Source: an uncultured virus (IMG/VR IMGVR_UViG_3300046794_000135) (taxonomy: Duplodnaviria > Heunggongvirae > Uroviricota > Caudoviricetes). Taken from it: a DNA stretch of 64,000 nt. The translations under genes and the position numbers were made by a program. Positions 19,067 to 28,568 of this stretch are shown piece after piece (position 1 is the first letter of the stretch; every line of letters starts with the position of its first letter). The stretch lies in IMG/VR virus record IMGVR_UViG_3300046794_000135, one strand, 5' to 3'. The notes under the pieces were generated by a model that did not search any database, had not been told where the DNA came from, and saw nothing but the letters and a program-made list of their open reading frames with translations.

Positions 19067-20572
19067 TTGGCGTTTCTCCCTGTCAGCATCCCTCCCGGCG
19101 TAGTGCGCGGCGCGTCCCCGAATGACATTCGGGGGCGTTGGTATGACACGAACCTCGTGCGCTGGAACGGCGGCGTGCTGGAACCGATCGGTGGGTGGGA
19201 GCGCGCCACGCCGACTCCGTTCCCGGATCGCATTCGGAATATGGCGGTCTGGCGTGACAACAAGCTGTCAAGATTTATCCTGGCGGCGTCCATGCGCAAA
19301 CTATACATGGAGTACGGCGAGGGCTTCGTTGACGTTACGCCAACTGATCTGGTAGGCGCCGACCCTACGGCTTATGCCTATGGCTTCGGTGTCAACAACT
19401 TTGGCAAGGAAGACTTCGGCGACGCCCGTGCGGCACCCTCTGTGAACATCGATATCCTCCCGACGTTCTGGACGTTCTCGAACTGGGGTCAGGATATGCT
19501 CGCTGTCAGCTCCGTTGACGGGCGGCTTCTGCGCTATAACCCCCTGCTCCCAACGGCTAAGTTCGCGCCGATCTCCAGTGCGCCACTCAGCAACATCTCC
19601 ACGCTGGTGACAGCCGAGCGGCACGTCGCGCTGCTCCAGATCGGTGGCAATCCGCGCCGCATCGGCTGGTGCTCCCGTGAAGATTACTCCGATTGGAACT
19701 TCGCGAGCACGACCAACACCGCAGGTTTCATCGAGCTCGAAACCCAGACCCCGCTTGTCAAGGCCGTGCGCTGCCGTAGCGGGAACTTGGTGTTCTCCAA
19801 CTCCGACGTGTTCCTGATGGACTACATCGGGCTCCCCTACGTCTATGGCTTCCCGCATCTCGGCCAGACCCGCCTTATCAACCCTGACACGCTTGTCACT
19901 GACAACGGCAATGCTTTCTGGTGGGCGACCGACGGCTTCAAGTCGTTCGACGGCGGTGCGATCCGCCCGATGCCATGCCCGGTATGGGATTACGTCATGG
20001 GCAGGGCCAACATCCCCGTCTTGCGCACCGTCGCGCACGGTGGGGCGCTGGGCACCCATCCTGAGATTTGGTGGTTCTACCCGTCGAAGAACTCGATGAC
20101 ATGCGACAGCTATGTCATGACGAACTACGAAGAGGGCTGGTGGGCGATCGGCAAGCTCGACCGCAGTGCGATGATCGCCGCAAACGCCGACCGTTACCCC
20201 TACATGGCGGGTGAAGACGGCCACATCTACAAGCATGAGAGCGGGTGGTCCGGTTCGATCGCGACCGCGCTGCGTGACGTGTGGGCGGAGACCTCCGCGC
20301 TCTCGCTGGGTGCCGGTGACAGGGCGATGGAAATCAACCAGGCGCTGATCGCCAGTGGCAGCGGATTTGACAGCGTGCAGGCCCGTTTCTACACGAACCG
20401 CTCTCCTGCGGGATCGGAGCGTGCCTTCGGCCCGTACCGCATCAGGGGCAACGGCTACATGGACACTCGCGTCTCCGGCAGGGACGTGCGTATGCGTTTC
20501 GAAAACATAAAGAATGAGGATTGGAGCATTGGCGAAACAAGGCTCGACGTTGCACCCGGAGCGGGAAGATGA
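19067..20572 (+). CDS. Tail hub/nozzle (packaged-DNA stabilisation) protein
   Basis: 501 aa, Trp-rich beta content, EIWWFYP motif, podovirus synteny. Confidence 0.7.
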   Translation: MAFLPVSIPPGVVRGASPNDIRGRWYDTNLVRWNGGVLEPIGGWERATPTPFPDRIRNMAVWRDNKLSRFILAASMRKLYMEYGEGFVDVTPTDLVGADPTAYAYGFGVNNFGKEDFGDARAAPSVNIDILPTFWTFSNWGQDMLAVSSVDGRLLRYNPLLPTAKFAPISSAPLSNISTLVTAERHVALLQIGGNPRRIGWCSREDYSDWNFASTTNTAGFIELETQTPLVKAVRCRSGNLVFSNSDVFLMDYIGLPYVYGFPHLGQTRLINPDTLVTDNGNAFWWATDGFKSFDGGAIRPMPCPVWDYVMGRANIPVLRTVAHGGALGTHPEIWWFYPSKNSMTCDSYVMTNYEEGWWAIGKLDRSAMIAANADRYPYMAGEDGHIYKHESGWSGSIATALRDVWAETSALSLGAGDRAMEINQALIASGSGFDSVQARFYTNRSPAGSERAFGPYRIRGNGYMDTRVSGRDVRMRFENIKNEDWSIGETRLDVAPGAGR

Positions 20573-20587
20573 TAGGGTGATTGTGCA

Positions 20588-20806
20588 ATGAATTTCTCGT
20601 TCCCCTCTGCTCCGCAACAGTATTCTCAGCGGTATTTGACCGACCTGATCGAGAGTATTCGGAAGGCGTTTATTCCGGGTATCAGCAAGGACGCGGCGGC
20701 TCCACGCCTCCTCCTCCAAAGCCCGAATGGCACTGTCTACGAGATCAAGGTGTCAGACGCTGGGGCGCTAAGTGTGGTGCTGAATGACGGAAACAGCAGA
20801 CCATGA
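20588..20806 (+). CDS. Small structural protein
   Basis: LLLQSPNGTVYEIKVSDAGAL motif. Confidence 0.6.
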   Translation: MNFSFPSAPQQYSQRYLTDLIESIRKAFIPGISKDAAAPRLLLQSPNGTVYEIKVSDAGALSVVLNDGNSRP

Positions 20807-21197
20807 GAAGCTGCTTGAAAAGATAAGGAAGGCGCTCGCCCTCCCCTTTTCCTCTCATAATTTCGAAGATGTTGTTGATGCCCTGAAACAGGGGCACATG
20901 CAGGCTTTCTGGAATGACGACGCGATTGTCATCACCGAAATCTGTGTCACGCCCCGGCGCCGGTTCATCAACATCTTCCTCGCTGCCGGTACGCTCGCGG
21001 GTGTGTATGCGTTGCACACACAAGTCGTAGAGCTTGCCGACAAGCACGGCATCACGGAGCCCGTGCAGGGGATCATGCGGCCCGGATGGGGCAAGCACCT
21101 GAAGAAACGTGGTTGGAAAAAGTGGGCAGAGATTTGGTGTCTGCCGAAGGAGAAATGGGATAATGGCGAGCACGCCTTCGACGCAGACCACCATTAA
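20784..21197 (+). CDS. GNAT-like virion assembly protein
   Basis: AIVITEI...FLAAG...RPGW pattern; precedes ejection genes. Confidence 0.5.
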   Translation: MTETADHEKLLEKIRKALALPFSSHNFEDVVDALKQGHMQAFWNDDAIVITEICVTPRRRFINIFLAAGTLAGVYALHTQVVELADKHGITEPVQGIMRPGWGKHLKKRGWKKWAEIWCLPKEKWDNGEHAFDADHH

Positions 21198-22299
21198 CAA
21201 GACCGAACTGCCGCAGTGGGTTCAAGACGCTGCGCAGAAGAACCTTGGTATCGCCGACCAGATCGCCGCGAAGCCGTATCAGGCGTACACGGGCGACCTG
21301 ACAGCAGGGCCGAGCGCGCTCCAGACGCAAGCCTTCAACAGTGCGGGACAGACCGCTGGGCAGTGGAACCCGGCGATGGCGGCTGCCGCGAACACGGCGA
21401 CCGCCGGGACGAACTTCAGCTACAAGCCAACGTCGTTCCTGAACGCCAATGTGAAGGACTACATGAACCCGTATGTTGACGCCGTGAAGACCGGTGCGAT
21501 CAACAACGCGAACATCGCGCTCAAGCAGAACCTCAACGCAATCGGTGACAGCGCCGTCGGCGCGGGTGCCTTTGGAGGGTCGCGCCACGGTGTCGCCGAA
21601 GGTGTCGCCTCCGCAGAGGGAGCACGTCAGATCGGCGACCTCAGTGCGCAGCTTGACAACGAAGCGTTCAACAACGCGCAGGCAGCCTGGAACACCGATG
21701 TCAACCGTGACATGACAAACGCGTACCAGCAGCAGGCGGTGCGGTCGCAGTCGGCTGACCAGCTCTCGAACATCGCGCAGGCTGGTTCGCAGATGAACAA
21801 CCAGACCAACACGCTCCTCGCGATGCTTGGTGGTCAGCAGCAGCAGCTCTCCCAGCAAGACCTCTCCGCGCAGTACGCGCAGTGGAAGGAGCAGCAGGAC
21901 TACCCGACCCAGCAGCTCAACCTCCGTCTCGCCGCACTCGGTGCAACGCCTTACGGCGGCACGCAGTCGCAGACCTCGACGGCTGCCGGTGGCGGCAATC
22001 AGGCGATGTCGATGTTTGGTGGGCTTCTCGGAGCACTGCCGTTCCTCGCCGGTCTGTCTGACAAGAATGACAAGACGGACATCGAGAAGCTGGGCAAAGA
22101 CCCGGAGACCGGCCTCGATCTCTACGCCTACCGCTACAAGGGCGACCCGAAGAGCTATCCGAAAGTTGTCGGCCCGATGGCGCAGGATTTGAAGAAGAAA
22201 GACCCGGACTCCGTGAAGAAGGTCGGCGGCCACATGGTTGTCAAGCAACTGGGGAGCCTCGGCTTTGGCGGCGGCTTGCCCATGAAGAGGGCTGCATAA
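21163..22299 (+). CDS. DNA-transfer (ejection) protein with C-terminal peptidase S74-like chaperone domain
   Basis: YMNPY and GAFGGSRHGVAE motifs; SD...KTDIEKLG...YAYRYK...GPMAQD tail. Confidence 0.7.
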   Translation: MASTPSTQTTINKTELPQWVQDAAQKNLGIADQIAAKPYQAYTGDLTAGPSALQTQAFNSAGQTAGQWNPAMAAAANTATAGTNFSYKPTSFLNANVKDYMNPYVDAVKTGAINNANIALKQNLNAIGDSAVGAGAFGGSRHGVAEGVASAEGARQIGDLSAQLDNEAFNNAQAAWNTDVNRDMTNAYQQQAVRSQSADQLSNIAQAGSQMNNQTNTLLAMLGGQQQQLSQQDLSAQYAQWKEQQDYPTQQLNLRLAALGATPYGGTQSQTSTAAGGGNQAMSMFGGLLGALPFLAGLSDKNDKTDIEKLGKDPETGLDLYAYRYKGDPKSYPKVVGPMAQDLKKKDPDSVKKVGGHMVVKQLGSLGFGGGLPMKRAA

Positions 22300-24039
22300 A
22301 TGAACGGCGCGCAGTACGCTTACGACTTCTTCCGTCAGCGGGGTTATAACGACGCCGCCGCTGCCGGGATCGTCGGCAACCTCGGTGTCGAGAGCAGCTT
22401 CAACCCTATGGCGCGCGGTGACAAGGGCACCGCCTTCGGCATCGGCCAGTGGCGCGGCGACCGTGCCCAGAACCTCTTCAACTACGCGAGAGAGAACGGG
22501 CAGGACTGGAGAAGTCTTGACACGCAGCTCGCCTTCTACGACCACGAGGGCCGCAACGGGCTCGACGCGGGTGCAGGCCGTGCGTTCAAGGCGTTGCAAG
22601 ACCCGAACATCTCTCCGGCTGATGCCGCGCACGCTGTCATGACGCACTTTGAGCGTCCGAACGCTGACCCCCGCATCAACGCAATCGCGCGTCGCCAGAA
22701 GATCGCAAACGAGGTCTTCGGCGGCAGCGGTGGCGATCTGTCAGCGTATGACACTCCGGCGTCGGTGTCAGACCCGGCGTCCCAGAGGGCGCCAAGTGGT
22801 GCTCCGATGGTTGGCGGCGGTAGCCCTATAACTGGTGGCGGCGGTAGCCCTATGGCTGGTGGCGCCGGTAGCCCGATGTCTCCGGCACTCGCTTCGCTTC
22901 TGATCCGGCAGGGGTTTTCCGGGAACGGTGGTGGGGGGATGAACCCTCTCGCCCTCTTGAGCTTGCTCAATCCAGTCACGGCGGCGCAGGCCGGGGAGAT
23001 GACCCCTGCCGCAACACCCTTCAACCCTGATGAGGGCAACATGACATACAGGCCACCGGCCAGCGTCGCGCCGCGCACCAATCCGGCGCGCGATGTTTAT
23101 ACCTCCGTCTCCAAAGCCGTGACCCCGGTACTCCAGACCAACGGCGCACAGCCATCGACCCAACAGCAGCGCGCCGATGCGGATCGCGCCGCTCTCGTTG
23201 CACGCCAGAAGGCTGCGCAGCAGGTAGCAGCCCAGCAGGCGGCAGCCCAGCAGGCGCGCGCTTCGTTCTCCGGCGCCCGTGCTGATGGTTCGGCCAGCGG
23301 CCCAGTGCAGGCAAGACCAAGGCTCGACGTTCCGTCGCTCGCGCCCGCACCGAACATGGCGTACGATCGCCCCGCCGACGACAAGCCGATCTTTGACGGC
23401 TACGTGCCTGTGTCGGCGCCACCCGCCGCACCTGCGGGGCCGCTCCTCCCCACCCCTGCGGGAATGGGGATGCCTGACATCTCTGGCCCGCGTAACCCTC
23501 CTCCCGCGCGCCCCGCCCCGGCGCCCGGAACGTTCTCGCACGCCGCTACCGCCGCTGACACCGATCTTGACACGCTGCACCTCCCCGTGCAGGCCAAACC
23601 GCACCTCGATATCCCGGCGCTGGCGCCCGCGCCTGACATGTCATACGGACCCGCGCCGGTCGTGCCAGGTAACTCTGGCCCGCACGGTGTAGTCGGTCCC
23701 GCCGCTCCTATGGTGCCGGGTAACTCTGGTCCGCGTCAGGAAGCTTACGCGCCCAAGCCGCTCGTGCCGGGTAACTCTGGACCGCACAACGAAGCGTTCC
23801 CAGTGCCGACGCCAAGACCCGACCAGATGCCAACCGGCTCGAACGTCCCAGTGCCGACGCCAAGGCCCAAGTCCGGCGCCTTCAACATGGGCAAGTTCAC
23901 GAACGTGCTCGGCGCACTCGGTTCCATCATGGCTGGCCTCGATACGGGCTCGCCGGAAGTCAAGCCGGTCGGCCTGTCAGGGTTCTCGCACAAGCCTGAT
24001 GGCAACATCCAGATCGCACTCCCGAAGGGGCTTCTCTAA
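22300..24039 (+). CDS. Virion-associated lysozyme (phage tail lysozyme domain) with long Pro-rich region
   Basis: AAGIVGNLGVES...GIGQW...FERP motifs; VPGNSGP x3 and VPTPRP x2 repeats. Confidence 0.8.
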   Translation: MNGAQYAYDFFRQRGYNDAAAAGIVGNLGVESSFNPMARGDKGTAFGIGQWRGDRAQNLFNYARENGQDWRSLDTQLAFYDHEGRNGLDAGAGRAFKALQDPNISPADAAHAVMTHFERPNADPRINAIARRQKIANEVFGGSGGDLSAYDTPASVSDPASQRAPSGAPMVGGGSPITGGGGSPMAGGAGSPMSPALASLLIRQGFSGNGGGGMNPLALLSLLNPVTAAQAGEMTPAATPFNPDEGNMTYRPPASVAPRTNPARDVYTSVSKAVTPVLQTNGAQPSTQQQRADADRAALVARQKAAQQVAAQQAAAQQARASFSGARADGSASGPVQARPRLDVPSLAPAPNMAYDRPADDKPIFDGYVPVSAPPAAPAGPLLPTPAGMGMPDISGPRNPPPARPAPAPGTFSHAATAADTDLDTLHLPVQAKPHLDIPALAPAPDMSYGPAPVVPGNSGPHGVVGPAAPMVPGNSGPRQEAYAPKPLVPGNSGPHNEAFPVPTPRPDQMPTGSNVPVPTPRPKSGAFNMGKFTNVLGALGSIMAGLDTGSPEVKPVGLSGFSHKPDGNIQIALPKGLL

Positions 24040-25217
24040 TGTCCATTCTTGACCTCTTTAAAAACGCAGCCACTGGTATCCAGAACGGCGGAGCAGACGG
24101 CGTGTCCGCCTCCCCGCTCGTCCAGCGTATGTCAGCCGCCTACGGGCAGCCCCAGCCCCCGGCTGAACAGGCGCCGGTTGACGACGGCTACGCTGACGTG
24201 CCGCAGAGCATGATCGATCAGGCCAACATGCAGAGCCTTCGCAACATGTCGGCGATGTATCTCGCAGCGGGCCAGTCCATGTCAGGCGCCGACCGTGCGC
24301 AGATCATCGCGAAGATGAGCGACGACAACGACCCGGTAAAAAACATCTACAACATGTCTCAGGCCCGGTTGATGAACACGCAGGTGGCGGACGCGATTGA
24401 CAAGCGGAAGAACCGCCTGACAGCGCTCGATAACCTCCGCAGCAAGGACTTCGGTGACACGCTGACAGACAAGGAGAAGATGGTTCTGGAGTCCTTCCTC
24501 GCAGCGGGCGATCCCGACGGTGCGAACGACTTCCTTTCGAAGATCACGGATCAGAAAAACCAGTCCATCCTCCTGCCGGACGGCACGACGACGACCAAGG
24601 GTCTGATGCAGACCGATGCGAACTCGTGGAACAAGACGTATCTGCCGAAGCTCGAAACCGCCGATGGCAAGTTGTCAGTTGTCAGCGACATGATAGACCT
24701 GCTGCAAACAGGGATGATCGCTGGTCAGAATTCTGACTGGCGCGTCGCTGCGGAAAAGTATGGCCGTATGGCAGGACGTGAAATCGACCCTGCCGCGCTC
24801 AACCGTGAAAAGTTCAACAGCCTCGCGGTCGATCTGACGCTCCAGCGTATGAAGGCACTCGGTGGTAATGACACCGAAAAGGAATACGAAAACATGTCGA
24901 GGGCGTTGGCTGGCGTCAACACCGAAACGGAAACCGTGCTGAACAACCTCCAGACCACGGCGAAGCGCACCATCATGGACGCGACGATCGCCGGAGAACA
25001 GCGCCGCCGTATCGGCTCGCCGCTTTACGGCGCTCCTGTCCAGTTCACGGCAGACCTCGTGCCAGAGCCCTACAAGCAGATGTGGGACCGCGTGGCTGGC
25101 GATAAGTCCAACGGCTTCGGGTATCAGTCCAAGGGCGGCGACGTGAAGACCGACAGCGGCACGCCAGCGCCGAAGTCTGGCACCAACTCTTCATTCAAGC
25201 ACCTCTGGGGAGGCTGA
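24039..25217 (+). CDS. Putative ejection/internal virion protein
   Basis: Synteny; helical composition. Confidence 0.6.
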   Translation: MSILDLFKNAATGIQNGGADGVSASPLVQRMSAAYGQPQPPAEQAPVDDGYADVPQSMIDQANMQSLRNMSAMYLAAGQSMSGADRAQIIAKMSDDNDPVKNIYNMSQARLMNTQVADAIDKRKNRLTALDNLRSKDFGDTLTDKEKMVLESFLAAGDPDGANDFLSKITDQKNQSILLPDGTTTTKGLMQTDANSWNKTYLPKLETADGKLSVVSDMIDLLQTGMIAGQNSDWRVAAEKYGRMAGREIDPAALNREKFNSLAVDLTLQRMKALGGNDTEKEYENMSRALAGVNTETETVLNNLQTTAKRTIMDATIAGEQRRRIGSPLYGAPVQFTADLVPEPYKQMWDRVAGDKSNGFGYQSKGGDVKTDSGTPAPKSGTNSSFKHLWGG

Positions 25218-25220
25218 TTA

Positions 25221-27218
25221 ATGCCGAAGGCATGGAAGGATGTGATCGCGTCGTCCGATTACCAGGACTTGTCAGCAACTGACAAGTTCCGGGCACGGCG
25301 CGAATACTTCAATGAGGTGGTGGCGCCGCAGGTGCCGCCGGAACAGCTCGACACTGCGCGCGACGAGTTCTACTCCGACACCAACGACAAGAGCTTTTCG
25401 ACGCTCGATGACGTGGCGATGACCGCTGACAGCGCCATTCGCCGCGTTGCTGACAGCGCGACCTTCGGTCTCGCCGACAAGGCGGTCGCCGCCGGTCGTG
25501 CGGCTTTCGACAGCAACCTCGATTACGACACCGCGCTCGCGCAGGAGCGTGCGGCTTCTGACACGGCCTCCGAAGTCCTCGGAACCCCCGGAACGATCGC
25601 GGCTGACCTGACAGGCGGCCTACTGACGGGCGGCGGTCTGGCAGCCAAGGGCGTCACGCTCATGGGCAAGGGCGCTGGTCTTGTTGGCAACGTCCTCGGC
25701 GGTGCGGCTGAAGGCGCGATCTACGGTGCCGCGAATGGCCTCGGCCATGCTGACGCAGGGCTTGACCCGACGACCAATCTGGCAGCAGCCGGTGAAGGCG
25801 CGGCCTATGGCGGCGCGGCTGGCGCTGCTGGTGGAGCACTGGCCTCTGCTTTGTCACCTGCCATGCGTGCCCTGTTCGGGCGCTCCGTGGACACCAACGC
25901 TGCACTCTCCGACGGCACTCGCCTCGGCAGCGGTGCCCAGCGTGTCATTGACAACGCGCTCGACCCGGCGATGCGTCAGCCGACGCTCGACCGTATGACC
26001 CTGATGGGTAATGACGCGATGGCCCTCAACGCGAACCGCCGCCTTGGCTCGCTTGCGCAGGGTATCGCCAGCCGTCCCGGTGAGGGCAGCGACATCGTGC
26101 GGAACGCCGTCGAAGCACAGATGGCTGGCCGCTCCAACCGGATTTTGGCCGGTGCGGATGACGCACTCGGTCCTGTCGGGCGTGACAAAAACCTCATCAT
26201 CGAGAAGGCCGACGAAGCGATCCGGGATAACAGCCCGGAATATACCAAGCTGCTGACAGGGCAGTCGGTGAAGCCCCAGGTACGCCAGAACGTCGCTGAC
26301 ACCGCGAAGACGGAGTTTGACAAGTGGGGTTCGGGCAGCCCAATCGGTTCGATCCTGTCCAAGTTCCGTGACATCAAGAACCTCCCGGCGAACGCTATCC
26401 AGCTCCGCAACATGAAGGTCATCTTCAGCAACCTCGAAAAGAAGTACCCGGAAGCCAAGTCGTCGTTCTACGCTGTCAAGCAGGCGATCGACGGCGCGCT
26501 CGATACGACTACCGGCGGCGCGTACAAAACGCTTCAGGCTGTCCATGCCAACGCACGGTCTGACATCGAGGCCGCGCAGCGTGCTGCCGGGTTCCTTGAT
26601 GGCTCCGTCCCGTCGCGCATTGTCACCGCCGATCTGACGAAGACGGGGGCGACCGGCGCCAACGGCGCAGCCCGTGCGGACATGATGCGCGAGGTCATGC
26701 GCGATAGCGTTGACCGGACCTTGACCGGACCCGGCAACGACATCTCGAACCTTCAGAAGCTGATGGGTCGTCATGGCAACGCGGGCGTGCGGGAAAACCT
26801 CGCTGCCGGTTTCGGCCAGCCCGCCGCCGACAAGATGGTGCGGCTGGTGGAGAGCGAAGCGAAGAAGACGGCGGACTATGGCCGGATCGTCGCAGGGTCG
26901 AAGACAGCGGAAACCCGCGCCTCCGACGCAGCGCTTGACGACGCGATCGGCGCCGTACCGATGCTGAACAACCATTCAGCACTCGGCATCACGGCGGAGC
27001 TCGCCGCCACGGCGATGCGCAAGCTGCTGTCCATGACGAATGGCGCAAAAGGAACAACCGCCCGTGCGGCTATCGGGAAGGTTTCAACGATGAACCGCGA
27101 ACAGCTCGTGAAGCTTTTGGGCGAGCTCGACCGCGCCAAGACGATGCGGAAGCTGAACGGAGTGCTCAAGTCCGCCGTCGTGAATGCAGGCGTGCAGGCC
27201 AGCGCGCCAAGCCGCTAA
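25221..27218 (+). CDS. Putative large ejection/internal virion protein
   Basis: Ala/Gly-rich hydrophobic segments, ATFGLAD motif, last gene of the late operon. Confidence 0.62.
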   Translation: MPKAWKDVIASSDYQDLSATDKFRARREYFNEVVAPQVPPEQLDTARDEFYSDTNDKSFSTLDDVAMTADSAIRRVADSATFGLADKAVAAGRAAFDSNLDYDTALAQERAASDTASEVLGTPGTIAADLTGGLLTGGGLAAKGVTLMGKGAGLVGNVLGGAAEGAIYGAANGLGHADAGLDPTTNLAAAGEGAAYGGAAGAAGGALASALSPAMRALFGRSVDTNAALSDGTRLGSGAQRVIDNALDPAMRQPTLDRMTLMGNDAMALNANRRLGSLAQGIASRPGEGSDIVRNAVEAQMAGRSNRILAGADDALGPVGRDKNLIIEKADEAIRDNSPEYTKLLTGQSVKPQVRQNVADTAKTEFDKWGSGSPIGSILSKFRDIKNLPANAIQLRNMKVIFSNLEKKYPEAKSSFYAVKQAIDGALDTTTGGAYKTLQAVHANARSDIEAAQRAAGFLDGSVPSRIVTADLTKTGATGANGAARADMMREVMRDSVDRTLTGPGNDISNLQKLMGRHGNAGVRENLAAGFGQPAADKMVRLVESEAKKTADYGRIVAGSKTAETRASDAALDDAIGAVPMLNNHSALGITAELAATAMRKLLSMTNGAKGTTARAAIGKVSTMNREQLVKLLGELDRAKTMRKLNGVLKSAVVNAGVQASAPSR

Positions 27219-27418
27219 AAAAGTGGGGGGCCAAATTGGTCCCCCTACCCCATTGCGCATATGCATTCCCATGCACTTTTATTGCTAATATGCATTGAAA
27301 TCATTGGGTTTTTTCGCCGGATGGTTAACCGATTGATTAATCATTTTGTGGCGTAAGCCGTTGATTTCGTTCATTCTCGTCTTAACTTTTTGGCCCAAAC
27401 TGGTCCTAGAAGTTGATT
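27219..27418. other. Candidate attP site
   Basis: AT-rich gap at the integrase 3' end; CCAAA(T/C)TGGTCC repeats at 27231 and 27395; IHF-consensus match AATCAACGGCTTA on the minus strand at 27354-27366. Confidence 0.6.
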
Positions 27419-28495
27419 TCAGCGCAAAACGTTGTTTACGACGCCAATGATATCGTCTTCGTCGGCGTCCAGCGCGTGCGCGTAAACGTCGAGCGTAATG
27501 CTCGTTCTCGAATGCCCCAAGCGACGCGACACCGCAGCCGGTGACAGCTTCGCCCGAAGCAGGTGGGTCGCGTGAGCGTGCCGCAAATCGTGGGCCGTGA
27601 GCCCAACCATGCCCGCCGCTTTCAGGACAGAGTTCATACCCGCCGAAACCGAGCACGGGTGCGACGGCTCATGATCCCCAAGGATGAAGTGCTTCGGGTT
27701 TTTGCCCTCGCGCAGCTTGTTGATCTCATCCCGCATTGTCTCCGAAACACGCACCTTGCGGCGCGAGCGCTTCGTCTTCGGCTCCTTCAAATCGATGCCC
27801 CCACCGCGTATCGGCGTGGCCGTGCGAGTGACCGAGATGGTCCCTGTGTCCGAGATGTCAGACCAGCGCAGTGCGGCGAGTTCTCCCCGGCGGAGACCGC
27901 TCTCCAGGCACAGCCGAGCGCCCAGCCCGTGCTTGTACCGGTAGGATGTCTCCCACACTGTTTTGATGTCTTCCTCGTCAAGCGTATGGTCCTTAAGCGT
28001 TTCTTGTTTGGCGGGCAAGTCCACCTGCTCCCACGGGTTGAAAGCTAGCACGCCTTCCTTAACGGCTTGTTTAAACGCTTTCTTGACTATGCTGCCGGTG
28101 TAGCGGGTCGCCTTTGCACCGTGCGCCGTGACGGTCTGAGTGACCCACTCGCGCAGCGTTGCAGCGTTGACAGCGACAAGCTGCTTGTCACCGTGAGCGT
28201 CTGTGAAGATGGGGAAAACCGATCGATAGGTCTGAGCGGAGGAGCGGCGGATTTCACCGTGCGCTTCCCGGCGATCGACCCAAGCGGCGAGATACCCGCC
28301 AACAGTGTCAGTTGACAACTGTGTGATCTGTCCGGTTCGGAACCGGTTCAGGATGGTGGCCTTCTTGGCTTCGGCCACGGCGCGCGTGCCGCGCAGCGTC
28401 TCATTGACCTCCTGCTCGATACCGCTGTCATCTCTCCAGCGGGTGCGCAGGCGGAAGGAATTTTTGCCTCGTTGAGTAACAGAAACTGACACCAT
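27419..28495 (-). CDS. int: Tyrosine integrase
   Basis: SGLRRGEL, KTK, HDLRH, RLGHS and catalytic Tyr in TLDVYAH. Confidence 0.95.
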   Translation of the reverse strand: MVSVSVTQRGKNSFRLRTRWRDDSGIEQEVNETLRGTRAVAEAKKATILNRFRTGQITQLSTDTVGGYLAAWVDRREAHGEIRRSSAQTYRSVFPIFTDAHGDKQLVAVNAATLREWVTQTVTAHGAKATRYTGSIVKKAFKQAVKEGVLAFNPWEQVDLPAKQETLKDHTLDEEDIKTVWETSYRYKHGLGARLCLESGLRRGELAALRWSDISDTGTISVTRTATPIRGGGIDLKEPKTKRSRRKVRVSETMRDEINKLREGKNPKHFILGDHEPSHPCSVSAGMNSVLKAAGMVGLTAHDLRHAHATHLLRAKLSPAAVSRRLGHSRTSITLDVYAHALDADEDDIIGVVNNVLR

Positions 28496-28531
28496 GTCGT
28501 GATCCTCCTTTTAGGTTCGACATGGTGTCAG
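28486..28531. promoter_or_regulatory. 14-bp perfect inverted repeat covering the integrase start codon
   Basis: CTGACACCATGTCG at 28486-28499 and CGACATGGTGTCAG at 28518-28531; the AGGAGG RBS lies in the loop. Confidence 0.7.
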
Positions 28532-28568
28532 GTTTAGCTTAGTTTCGTTTCACACACAAGAGATATGT

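Noticed and set aside
27325..27340. CtrA box in attP
   Set aside because: Spacing is TTAA-N8-TTAA, not the N7 consensus
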